From positions 9,853,458 through 9,917,457 of the forward strand of contig CM119267.1 of the NCBI GenBank assembly GCA_051294375.1: a stretch of 64,000 bases of DNA, given 5' to 3'. Both the position numbers and the translations under genes were made by a program. Shown one piece after another: positions 1 through 12,220 of this stretch; the stretch's first letter is position 1; each line of letters opens with the position of its first letter. The DNA is from Paraspadella gotoi (lineage: Eukaryota; Animalia; Chaetognatha). The notes beneath the pieces were generated by a model, which was not told the origin of the DNA, did no database searches, and saw nothing but the letters and a program-made list of their open reading frames with translations.

Positions 1-3000
1 GGCGTCGACGAGATTGTTGTGCTCGGTTTTTGTGCTGCTCCAAAATCGACTTGGCGCGTTTGTAGCCTTCATCAAGCAGCTTTTTGATCTCTAAGTCAAC
101 CAGTTCTTTCATGGATTCCGCTGAGAAGACGAGCCTAAAATCGAGTCCAAAATAATACATAGGTTAGAGTTTAACCGCATTCCTCAGTCACGACGTACTT
201 CATGGTAAGTCCTCGTCCCCGCGGCATCGCTCATTCAAACAGTCTGACGATTTGCGAAGCGATGAGCGTGGCCGTTTCGAAGTCGGAAGTGGCGCCGGTG
301 CCACGTTTTCCTCTCCCAACGCCATGTCTTCCCCAACCCGACCGGCCCATGCAGACATCGATGCGGGCCAAAAGCCGGCTCTCGTAGTGTCGTACTCTCG
401 GTCTTGCATCTGATCCAATCGAACCCAGCGTCTGACCACGAGGAACGATGGTCACTTTGTTGATCGGGTCGGACTGTGGGATAAGAAAGACGAGTTGTCT
501 CGTCGATGTCTCATGACTTACAAAACCATTGCGACTTACGTGTTGCGTAAAGTAATTTACTATTGTGTGGCCTGCCTCGTGCGATGCGGTTCTCTTAACC
601 GAAAGGTCGTCGTCAATTCGATTCTTCTTTTCGGGCCCCATCCGCTCCTTATCCAAGGCCCATTCCAAGTCTATCATTGAAACAAGTGCTGCAAAAAAGG
701 GAACGCTATAATTAAATATCATTGGGTTACCACTAAAAACACCATAGTCAGTACCGGGCGTTGTCTCTGGCGGCCTTGATGGCTGCCTGATTAACGACGT
801 TTGCGATTTGAGCGCCTAAAAATCCGACAGTCTTCTTTGCCAAATTCTCTGCATTGACTTCGACGCTGTCAGCTTTGATCTTGCTCAGGTAATGGTCAAA
901 CAATTCAGTTCGCCCTATGAACGAGAATAAAGAAGAGAGAAGAGATGGTAGAACAACAAAACTAATCAATTTTAGTACTTGAGCTTCACCTTTGAGATCC
1001 GGTGGCCAAACTTGTACTTCTACGTCAAATCTTCCTGGCCGAAGCAAAGCTGGGTCGAGATTCTCTCTCTTATTGGTGGCGCCTAGAGCGGCGAAAAATT
1101 GAAAGATAACGACAAATGTAAAATTTTAAAATCAACATTTAATATTACCAAAACAACAACTCCTTCCGACTTATTAAAGCCGTCCATCTCCGCCAAAAAG
1201 TTGGTTAATGGTCTGATTGGCGTAGGGATGGAGTTGGGAAGAGGTTCGCTTGGCTCCGCAAGTATCGATCTCGTCGATGAAGAGGACGCAAGGCGCTTTG
1301 GCTTTGGCAGCGGCCAAAGAGCTGTCTCACCCGCTTGGCGCCAGTTCCCACAAATATCTCGTCGAACTCGGAACCGGAGGCGTGAAAAAGGGAACGCCTG
1401 GTAAGGAGGTGATAAATCAAGAACCACAGAATCATAGATGTCGTAGACACTCAGTCAATTCGACTAACCAGCCTCCCCGGCGACTGCACGGGCCAGCAAC
1501 GTTTTCCCGATGCCCGGCTTTCCCACGAGCAAGACCCCTCTCGGCATGCGGCCGCCGAGGGCGGAAATCTTTCGGGATCTTTGAGGAACTCGACTATCTC
1601 GATCAACTCTTCCTTGGCCTCGTCTACGCCCTTAACGTCCTTGAAGGTAACATTGACCTCTTCGGGCTTGACTTCATGCTATTCATGTTCATGGACATGG
1701 TGACGCCACCGGCGACGCCGGATAAACCGTTCCAAAGAAACGAAAGGAGCTGAATTATGATCAACAACGTCACGACGGTCCATAAAATACGGATCACGCG
1801 TTGAACAGGTTTGACACTGTGGGCAAAAACTAAAGAGTTAGCATCATACAGGGACTCCAATCCTTAGTGATACGAAAAATTTTGATTAAACTCGTAATTC
1901 TTTATGTGTATATAATTTTTATAAAATTTATTAGTTAGAAAACTACTTGACGTTTATTTGGACCTAAAAAATGTTTACATTTCCTAACAGTATAATCACT
2001 AGGCCGGAACAGGTTGAAAACTAGAAGTTCTTTCAAATAGATAATAGGGTGGAGTGATGAAAAGATTGAGTGGTTGAACATCATTTTTTTGCTGCCTATG
2101 GACATATATCATATAATTAATGAATTTTAAATCTTTTTAAAAATCTTTTTAGCATAACAGTATAATATATTCAATTATTTATGTAGTAATATCCTTATAA
2201 AATCGTTAAATTTCAAAATAATTTTCTTTTATTTTTATATAAATTGGTACAACCAATATAAAAATTATCCATTCATTTAATAAATAAGCTATCTTGCCCC
2301 TGACTTTGGACAGGCTTTGGTGGTTTAAGGCCTCCATCACTCTTACAAAATAAATGACATAGCAGGTCACTGCAAGCTTTCAATCAAGACTCTCTCACAG
2401 TCTCGTTTATTCACTCCCAGAGTACCTGGCTTCCCTATCAATGAAGTGGTATAATATTTCAAAGAATGTTTCAATTGTATGAAAAGACCACTCCCTTATA
2501 TATAAGTTTAGACTACAGAGAATAAAAAGTTATAAATTTTCACCTTTTTTACCGTTTTAAACGCTATAGATGACATAATTTTTGATAACATATTTTATAT
2601 TTTTGATTTAACTTTTTATGAATTAAAAAAAAATCATTTTTAAAATTTACTATTTTATAAGAATATACAACAAATATATTGTTAACCATAGTATAATCCT
2701 TTTTATTTCGTTGCGATTTAGAATTGTAGAGAAAGTTTTATTTTGTGTGACAAAACAACGATTTTATTAATTATTAGCAGACATGTTTCGACTCTTATTG
2801 CGAGCCATCAGCGCTTTTACAGTTACAGTTGCAAAACTGTAACTGTAAACTTGTCATACAAAATAAAACTTGTTTTCTCGACAAATATATTATATTTTAC
2901 TATTCTGTTCCCGAAACAATATGAACACAATATTTTTTGTACTAGTTAATCATTCTATCTCACATCTAAATATCCTTGTTCGATCATTCAAATAAATTTT

Positions 3001-5209
3001 TTGTTCTTGAATGTTCCACTCTAATAGATAATGGTTAAGTGATTGTTAGAGAATATGAAAATGAAAATAACTTTTAAAATTTGTCTTATTGATAAGTGCA
3101 CTATATAAAGTTTAATTTTTTTTTTTTCAAATTCTGATAGAGCTTAAAAGTTAGATAAAGTTTAATACAACTTTAAAATTTTTTGTTTTATTGATAAAAA
3201 CTTTAAAAAACAATAATATTTAACCAATGATGATAATGATGATGATTTTTTAAGTTTTGTTCTATTTTGAACCAATTTACTGTCAAAATTTAAAAAATTT
3301 TAGTCTTAACTCTTATTTAACTTTTCAAGCTCTATAAGAATCCATTCTTAAAATAAAATTTAAAAATTTTTTTTTTGTCATTTGTTATATATTAATAAAT
3401 ATTTAAAAGCTTCAGTGCAACAACCCAATGAACTAATTCAAAAAGTTGCAATAAAAATCGACTATGGTTCCGCGTACAAACGTTGCATTTAGGAAAAAAA
3501 CGACTCTTTCCACTATTGTTCAGTTGTTACTTACAATGTTGATTAACTTTGTACCACAACACAAATTAGGCCGAACGAAGGATTGGTTAAAAACATCTCA
3601 CCAATTTCTAATGATAAAATAGTACCATTTTGGCAATTTTTAGCCAAAAAATTATGTCCATTTTTGTCCATTTTTACTTACGACTTCTGATTTGAATGCC
3701 AAGGAAAGTTGAGAAAATTTTTTTACTTTGGAAATCCGTTCTTCTTATCTTCTTTACCTCTGGGTAAATTTATTAGCTTAAATCATTTATAGTTTGCCTA
3801 TAAATTAATTTTAAAGTTAACAAGTCAAAAAGTTGGAGTTTCAGTCTTTATCATAATTTGTTAAACAAAAATAAATCAATTGGTTGAAATTAACAGAAAA
3901 TGTAGCCTATTGAATAAGCTTTTAACACTATAAAATTATCAAAAAAACTTTTCTGGTTTAGCCACAAATAATTTTTAAAGAACGTCTTTTAATTTGTGAC
4001 TTTTTGTGACTTGCATTTATTTTTGATAAGAGAATATTTTCAACTCATTTATTAGTTTTAAAAGATGAGGTACATACTGACCTTGATTAATCAAAACAAG
4101 TTTTGAAGCAAACAATGTCGGATCTGCCTACGAGTAATTAAATTAAATTATTGATCTAATTAATTAATTAATAGATTAATTAATTAATTAAGTAATAGAT
4201 TAATTATAATTTCATATTGCAGCTTGTCATCATCGATGTCCCGCTTAAAAATTGAGTCAGGACATTTATTCAAATGTTTTGTTTAACATTTTTATCAAAA
4301 AGCAAACAAATATCTCTCTATTATCGAGCGGCCAGGCGGGCAAAGCCGGTCGCTGTCTAGATTTTTTTCGGTTTAGGCTTTCGGTCTCGCGTTTTTTGCA
4401 ATCATGGCTTCTGAAAGTGTTGATATCATAGGGAGTTGAATTTTCATATATGGCTTCTTAATATCAAGATCTTTAAAATTCTCATGTTTCAATATCAATA
4501 TTGGTATTATTGTTATGTTTTATTTACAAAACAAAAACGTTTTAATTATCATGTCGCTCTCTCTCTCTCTCTTTTTCTCTCCGTCACTGCTTCTTCTTAA
4601 AAACGAGTTCCGGCTCTGCAGCGTCTGTCCAGCTTTTTCTCTCTCTCTCTCTCTCGGTCTCTCTCTCTCTCTCTCTCTCCTCTTTTTTTTTACCAAAAAA
4701 TTTTTTTAGATATAATGTGGGTTCACTAATGTAAAAAGCGATGCCGCGAACAGGGCCGCGAACGCGGGTCCTTTGGGTAGAGAATAGCTCACGCTACGTG
4801 CGGCGCCAATAAGTACTGGCTGATTCTTTAACGAGTAAAGGGGCTGTAGAGCTTCTCTCTCTCTCTCTCTCTTTTTAATTATTATATATCGTCTTTCTCT
4901 TTCTCTTTTTTCTCTGCAGCGGCTGTCTCTCTCTCTCTCTCCTTTTTCTCTCTCTCTCTCTGCTCTCTCTGTCTCTCTGTGTGTGTCTGTCCTATACTGT
5001 CGCGATCTTTTGCGTGATCGTTTGTTTTTTTGAAAAATTCTGATTATTTTTTTCCTTCTAAAAACTTTTTATTATTGCCATTTATTCCGCGCTTTTTTTC
5101 AATACAAAATCCCATATTTTCATCCGAGATTTTCGTGGATTTATTCTCTTTCTTTCTATCTCTCTCTTCTCTCTCTCTTCTCATCTCTCTCTCTTCTTTC
5201 TCTCTCTCT

Positions 5210-5247
<38 letters not shown>

Positions 5248-8200
5248 CTCTTTCGCACTCATACACGCATTTTGTTTTGTTTTATTGACTATCATCGCAT
5301 CAATGAATGACAATCATCGAATCAAATGAATGACAATCATGCATCAACTGAATGACTATCATCACAGCAGTGAATGACTATCATCGCACTCAATAATTGA
5401 TTATCATCGAATCAATAATCATTCCTATTACAGTGCAATAAATACTATTACATCATCAAATTAAGTATTACCTCAGATCAATTACTAGTAGGCATCAAAC
5501 AATTCGTTATCCGCATGATTCATGTCGTTTTTTTCCTGGGTTTTTTCATTAATTTTCTATGATAGTGGGCTCTGTGCTCGATCTTGAGTCTTTTAAGATG
5601 TTTTTTTATTTTATGTCTCCTTCTCTCTCTCTCTCTCACACTCTCTCTCTTTCTCTCTCACTCTCTCTCTCTCTAGCTTCACTCTCTCTCTTCTCCTCTC
5701 TCTTTCTCTCTCGTCTCTCTCTCGTTTTTTCTGCAATAGCGACGATCCTTATGCTTTTGAAGATTTTTTTTAACAGGTTGCATCATTTTTTAACTTGCAA
5801 TCATTTTTCAACTTGCATTCCCGTCAAAACTTTATATCTAGCTTTTCACTCACTTTCCTACCGGGCTCACAAAAGTTTCATCTCAATTCTATCATGGGTT
5901 AAAATAAATAAAAGATTGTCAAGGTAATGTGACTCATATTTTTTTCATTTAAACTCATTCTCCACTGGTAACGTTTGCACTGAAACTTTATATCAAGCTT
6001 CGTGCATACGTTTCCTACCCACATCACAAAAGTTTCAACTCAATCTATCATCCAATTATGATTAATTGGAGTATTATTGGTTAAAATAAGTAAAAAGATT
6101 TTAGTAAATTCGACTTATGTTTTTTCTTCATTTAAAACTAGATTTCCACTGCACAGACGATTCCATCGAAATTTTATGATCCAGCTTTATCACACACTTT
6201 CCTACCACACACAAAATTTAATTTTCCAATCCAACCAGCCAATGCACGAGTTATTGGAGCTTGTTTTGGCTAAGGCAGGACGGATGGAACGGATTGATTG
6301 ACTAATTACTTAAGTATTGATTAATTTATTTACTAATTGATTTAATCTAACTGATTAAATTATTTGATTTAGTTAATAACATCGCTGCAGATACATTTAA
6401 TATAAACAGGAAAAAGAAAGCATAATCAATTAGTAAAAGCAGGTTTTTCGGTTTTTTTTCCATTTAAACTCATTTCCACTCAACTATTCCATCGAAACTT
6501 GAGTTTCCTGGTTTCAATCACACACTTTCCCTACCCACCGTTACAAAAATTCCAGGTGCAATGCAGGCCCGATCCACTCATGAGCAATTGGTTTTCAGAA
6601 TAGGTGAATATATTTTTTTTCTTGTTTTTTCCATTTAAACTCATTTCGGACTCGGACGATTCCATGCGAAACTTAATATCGTCAGCTGCAATGCACACAC
6701 TTACCTATCCACACATACAAGAATTTTCATTAAATCCATCCATCCAATCACGAGTAATTGGGTGTTTTTTGGCTAAGGTGGGACGGACGGCACGGACGGA
6801 CGACCGGACGGACGGACAGACGGACGGACGGACATCAGTTTTTTTTGCATAATTTATCATGAATTCGATGTTCTGAACATGATATAGAGTGTGTGCCGCG
6901 GACAATATGAGGGGCGGACGACGACGACCGAAAAAAGTGAGTTATAAAAAGTGAGGTTATAGAGTCGGGATCTGCTGATAGCAGATCGCACTAAAAACCG
7001 CATCTTTTAATCCACTGGAAAGCATAGGACTTTGTTTTTTCTGCAAAATCGACAGATTTTGCGGAAAAATTTTCCTAAAATCTGTGCGATTTTAACTAAA
7101 GTTTGCTAAGGCAACGCAAAATTGAAAGAAAAAATCATGCGCTAACATTCATTTTCTTTCTTATAATGCTTATTAGAAGAATTTCTTGTGATTTGGCTCA
7201 ATGTAAATGTAGTGAGAGTGAAGAGCGAAGAGGGAAAACTATAAAAGAGAAGGGGAGAGGAATGAAAGAGAGGGTGAAAGGGCAAAAAAACGAAGGCAAA
7301 TGGGGAAAAATAAGTGAAACAATTGTAAGTAAGAGAAAGAGGGGAAATGGAAAGAAAAAGAGGGGAAAAAAAGGGAAAGAGAATCGAAAATGAGAAAAAA
7401 AGGTGGGAAAGTGCATAAGTGACCGAAAAAGGTAGGGGCGGCAGAAAAATGGTAAGTGACAGCGTGAGAAGTAAAGGGGGAAAGAGGAGAGGAAATATAA
7501 AGTAAGAGAAGAAAAGAGGTGAAGAAAAATTATCAGGAAAAGCGTATGAAAGAAAAGAAAATGTAAATCAAATAATGTGGCGTCTTACCTAAAATCTTTT
7601 GTGTCAGTAGAAAGACATGAGGATTCTTATAAGGAATTGCGATCGTTTAAAAATCATCTGGTTACCATAAAAATTCAAGCATACTTTTTTCTAAAATTAA
7701 GCAGTTAATAGGATTAGATTGACAAGCATTGAAGAAATCATGTCTTACCGTATTTTTAACTCATAGAAATTTACATGGGAAGTTCTAAGTGATAAGAAGG
7801 AGATAACTTGAGACTACCGTTTTTTTAAATGAAGAAAGCTTCGTACTAACCAATGAGATCAAGAAATATGGTAATTATTGAAGTTCAGATTTCGTTGTCT
7901 AAAAGACACCGATTGTATGCGAAACCTTAAGTAATAGAATGAAAAAACAATTTTTTTTTGAGAGAATTAGAAGTTATAGAAATTAATGATTACAGTGGTT
8001 TTCAAGCTTGGAATTACTTTTTTTCAGTTGATTGTGAAGTTATCTGATATAAAAATAGAAGTTTTTGGTGATAAAAAGTCAGTTTGGTGATCTGTTATTA
8101 TAATATTTTTCTATGTAAAACCTAACTTATTTCCTATGGTAACTATTATTTATCAGCAAAGTCTTTTATAATTTCCAACCCACCCCAAGTTGAAATTTTC

Positions 8201-11200
8201 ATTTTTAATGGATTTTAAATTCTGCTTCTTCAAAATTTTATAACATGCATACTATGCATAGAAACTATCCTAGATAAAATTTTGCCAATTTGTGGAAAGT
8301 ATTTTTCTATTAGTATAAAAATATTTTACAACCCGATCGCTATTCGTTAAGATTATATTAAACGTTTTTTCGTATCACTTCAGATTAAATTCCTTAAAAG
8401 GGCCTATTTTCAATAGAAGGTGACACACGACAACCCGCCGCTAGAAAAAAATCGTCATTTGCAAACTTGAGGATTTTTTTAATCTGAATGATTTTTTCTG
8501 TAGTAAAAACCAAAGTCATTCATAATTACACATCCAAATTTTATATTGATTGGTTTTGATTTGACTTGGCAATGAAGTGGAGAAAAGTTGCCTTCAAAAT
8601 CGTTTTTCATTTTAAAACTCAATGTTTTTTAAAAAATATTTTCGATTTTATGATAATCCTTTCATTTCATTATGTTAATGATTAGTGAAAACAAAGTTTA
8701 AATTGTTTAACAACAATTTATTATTAGAAAACACGTCTCTCTCTCTCTCTCACATTTACTTTTGCACAATTTTTCACTTTTTCTGTCAAAACCTAAAACC
8801 ACTGATGAAGACTCGAATGTAAGTCGAAACATGTCTTTTGAACAAATTTACAAAAACAAGTAAAAACATTAGTAAAAGGCATAAATAAAAATAAAATAAT
8901 ATAAAAATTAGCCTATCCAGCTTAAATTAAAAAAGTAATCAATTAAATCAAAAAAAAAAAAAGTTTGAAAATTTTAAGTAGCGTGCCTTCTCCCTCCCCC
9001 TGAACTATTGTAACCCTCCGTCCCCTCCTCAAAGCCAACCCCGCTGAAGACTCAAGGCGAGAAACTAATGCCTTCCGCCTTCCACCTTCCGACCAGCGAT
9101 TACCACCAGTCGATCCACGAGACTCAAGGAGACTTCCGGTTTCACCCTCTCCAAACCAACCAATGTAAGCATCGACTATAGAGGAGCTGAGGATGACATC
9201 CCCCCCGCCCCTCAAACATCGTGTCCACACCAATCCACCTGACCCAGCCGGCGTCCGCCTCTGCCCCTACCTCTCCACGAACTCCACGCCCACACCAAGA
9301 TGATGGCGACGCCCACCCGCGATGTTCAAGACCCAAGTGGGCGTCTCCGACCAAGAGGGGCACAAGATAGAGGCTCACCCTATCGCCAGGACCTTTCACT
9401 CTCTCGGGTCTTCTCTCCCCGCCTCTCAATGTCTCCTCCTCCTTCCATCATCCCCTCCTCTTCATCCCCGAGTCAAGGACCAGAGTCTTGGAGATCAGCA
9501 TTACAACTTCACTTCTCCTCTCGGTCTCGGGGTCTGCAAACCTTCCCTTTTCCTTCTCCCCTTTTTATGTACGCTTGCCCCTCTGTTATACCTATTTTCC
9601 TATCACCATTACATACTTACCCTACTTATCTCTTTTACCCGATGAGACTAGTCAGAACCTACCTTTAGCTAGATACCCAAGGCGTAGTAAAATTTCTAAA
9701 TTTAACTTTAATTAAAATTCTAAAAGTAAGGAACGAACAACATTATACTAATGAACATTTATGTATAAAAAAAATTTATAATAAATTTTACAATTTACGC
9801 AGTAGGCCATATTTATACTAGTACTAATGCAATAAATGTTAAAATTTCAAAACAGTTTTTTCTAAGATTTTTTTGCAGATTTGGATTCGTCATAAAAAGT
9901 TGATAGAAAGAAATATAACTCTTCTTAAAAAATTCTTTCATTAAGTGGGTCAAAAATTAAAAAAAGCTATATTTTAAGCTGAAAATTAACTTTTTATATA
10001 TTAAATATAGTTTTTTTAAGTTTTAACCCACTTAATGAAAGAATTTTTAAAAATAATTTATATTTTCTTTTATCAACTTTTGACGAGGAATTCAAATCTG
10101 CAATCAAAATTAAGAAAAGCCTATTTTGAAATTTTTCGATTTTATAAGGATAGTACTATATATAAATATAGCCTACTGCGAAAATTAAAAAACATAAAAT
10201 TAATTTTTTTTACAAATTAATGTTCACTGATGGTATGTTGTTCATAATTGACCTTTAGAATTTCCATACGTAACTTTCACTACGCCTTAATACCCATCTT
10301 CCCAGCTATATAAACAATAATTGGTTATATCATTATAGTAAAAATAGGTCAGATATTTAAAAAAATATATATATTATTTCAATTTCGATTATCTTGATTA
10401 AACTAAAGCTGGTTAAGCTTATTTTCATGTTACAATATTCTTAAATATGTCATTTTCTACAAATTTCTAAGAGCTCCTAGAAGATATTAATATTGATACT
10501 TTTTCATGTAAAAGTTTTTTTAAAAGAACCAGAAAGTCAGATAAAAAGATTGAAAAAAAAATTTAAGTTTTAAATGATTATAAACAGTTTAAATATTTGC
10601 AACAACAATTTATTATTATTTTAAAATGAAAGATGATTTTTAAAACAACTTTTTCCCGCTCATTGCCAAGTCAAGTCATAACCAATTAATATGACATTTG
10701 GATATATAATTGATTTTTGTTTTTACTACAGAAAAAACCTTTCAGATTAATCAGATTAAAAAAATCTTCACAGGTTTGCAAATGACGATTTTTTTTCAAG
10801 CGGCAGATTGTCGTGTGTCACCTTGTATGCACTGGAACCTTGATTACTTGCTGGTGACGAATTGGTTGTCGGCAGTAGCGTAACCATCGGCGAAAGCCAC
10901 CTTCAAATGCCCTTGAATATCCGGAGACTGTTCGTGTTGCCGAAGCACTTGAGAAAAGGATTGCTTATCGGACTGAGCTCCGCCGCTGGCACGCACGCCC
11001 TTAAAGTTGAGGCCACGAGAGTCGAATTTAGCCTTGAGTTCGTCTGAAGGCAATGCACAAATTGATAAACAGAATCTCATAAAAAAAATTTATAAAATAT
11101 TTATATAGTACATTTATATATTATTTACCCAAGGTTGACGACCCGGCTGACTCTGACGTTCGACTGCGCCCAATGCCTGTAGAGGTACTACGTGATTTGA

Positions 11201-11756
11201 AACCACGCGACTGATGTTGAAACGAAACCTGAGGCCGTCGTCATGGTGCTGAAAAATCGATATGCAATTTACAAAGTCAATAAATTACACTAACCCGCGC
11301 TAAACTTGACGGATTGAGAAAGAGATGCGCGGCGTAGGTCCCGAGAGTTCGACGAGCAAAAACGTGGGTCGAATACCATCGTCGTTTTTCAGAAGACAGG
11401 AACAACGACGATTCGGGTCCTAACATCGGGTCACGCAAAAATATTTTGTTTTCGGCAAAGGATGCTAATGTCATCACAGGCAGATGGCGCCAATGGTCGT
11501 GACGGGAACATGTGAAGATCGGCGCGGGAGCGACGAGATCGGGGTAGCGTTCGAGTAATTGAACGCATTCGCGAAACACGGCGTCTGTCGATGATGTTTT
11601 CGAGACTTCGGGGGAACGGTCCTCGGAATCCACTGTCTCGTTTTCTTTTTTATTTACGGCTTCGGAATCCAGCGACCGGGAGACTTTCCTGATCAGGGCA
11701 GAGGCGGCTTGCGCCAGTATTGGCAGGACCTCTTGGTGGAGAGTCGCCGAAGCCAT
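1..11756 (-). CDS. YME1L1: Mitochondrial i-AAA metalloprotease YME1L1/FtsH family, multi-exon, 3' end outside window
   Basis: ATG 11756; exons 11295-11756, 11129-11248 and 10848-11043, then a 9.0-kb phase-2 GT-AG intron (1817-10847). Downstream exons encode Walker [21 protein letters not shown], the HEAGH zinc motif and TIVPRG. Several single-base frameshifts lie in 200-1700. Confidence 0.9.
2241..2498 (+). repeat. Dispersed repeat family A, copy 1 (likely end of a DNA transposon)
   Basis: Near-identical to 61370-61764 (+) and 22706-22933 (-); ends ...ccactccctta. Confidence 0.85.
2776..2814 (-). ncRNA. Degenerate Penelope-type hammerhead ribozyme motif
   Basis: Minus strand reads AGCG-CTGATGG-CTC-gcaataa-GAG-TC-GAAA-CATGTC-TGCT. 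It has the same GAAACATGTCTGCT end as the intact copy at 58667-58711, but the CUGAUGA core is damaged. Confidence 0.55.
3110..3385. repeat. AT-rich imperfect palindromic repeat family D with central (GAT)n
   Basis: attctgatagagc...aaaagtt...tacaacttt...gatgatgat...; related copies at ~42270-42570 and ~62130-62312. Confidence 0.6.
4093..6992 (-). mobile_element. DINE-1/HINE-like non-autonomous Helentron element with internal ~170-bp tandem repeats and nested microsatellites
   Basis: Ends match 41143-41932: aacaa..tttga.gcaaacaatgtcggatctgcc at one end and the gtcgggatctgctgata(a)gcagatc hairpin at the other. GTCY microsatellite at 6781-6832 on the minus strand; about five ~170-bp units in 5760-6780. 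Confidence 0.75.
4556..5250. repeat. (CT)n microsatellite / low-complexity tracts
   Basis: Multiple ctctct runs; these produce the spurious SLSLSL/ERERER ORFs. A further tract lies at ~5620-5720. Confidence 0.9.
8801..8840 (+). ncRNA. Penelope-type hammerhead ribozyme motif with a weak stem I
   Basis: CTGATGA-A-GACT-cgaatgta-AGTC-GAAA-CATGTC: intact core, stem II and palindromic ACATGT stem III; stem I pairs poorly. Confidence 0.7.
9679..10290. mobile_element. Foldback (near-palindromic) MITE nested in the TIR element
   Basis: aaggcgtagt... / ...actacgccttaa ends; 9700-9985 is an imperfect reverse complement of 10000-10280. A related palindrome centre lies at ~16095-16400. Confidence 0.75.
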
Positions 11757-12220
11757 GTTTTTTTTTTTGCTTTTGCTAGACGTGAATTCCGTTTCGTTAA
11801 ATTATTTTACCATGGGAACGATCAAAAAATTAAATCCGACTTGAAAAAATAAATAAAGCATCGTATCGAGCACAATGCTGTTGATCTGTATTGATGAAAC
11901 AAAATTGGAAATAATTCGAATAAGCTAATTAAAACATTAGTTGGGCGTCTGTTAAAAATGGAAAACCAGAAATCGATTTATGAAAAAAAAAATAAAGCAT
12001 TAACATTGAGGTTTCATGATCTGCCATGAATAAAACTTAGTACATTTTAATGCTAACAACTTTATTATCTCTGGAATACTTACACGCTTCGAAAAGATTA
12101 GCAAGAAAAATGCGTTAAAAATTGAGTGGGTTACAATACCTGGAATCCAGTTTAACAACTAATTGGCTAGTACTTGTGAAAATAAATCACAAATATTTAC
12201 ATTTTGGGAATACGAAGAAC

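Larger units (their letters stand above)
8416..10825. mobile_element. Non-autonomous Tc1/mariner-like element with ~200-bp imperfect TIRs
   Basis: TA|gaaggtgacacacgacaa.ccgccgct.gaaaaaaatcgtcatttgcaaac (8416-8620) is inverted at 10620-10825 (...ttgtcgtgtgtcaccttg|TA). TA flanks on both sides; no transposase ORF. Confidence 0.75.

Noticed and set aside
5280-5420. Short repeated atcatcg..tcaat units as a CRISPR-like array
   Set aside because: Degenerate ~20-bp tandem minisatellite without unique spacers, in a eukaryotic context with no cas genes.
4515-7416. SLSLSL, ERERER and K/G-rich ORFs
   Set aside because: Translations of (CT)n/(GA)n microsatellites and purine-rich low-complexity DNA.
9043-9075. 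CTGAAGA...GAAAC as another hammerhead (also ccgatgagactagtcagaa at ~9638)
   Set aside because: Stem II is too short or the core is mutated, and there is no NUH triplet with a stem I.
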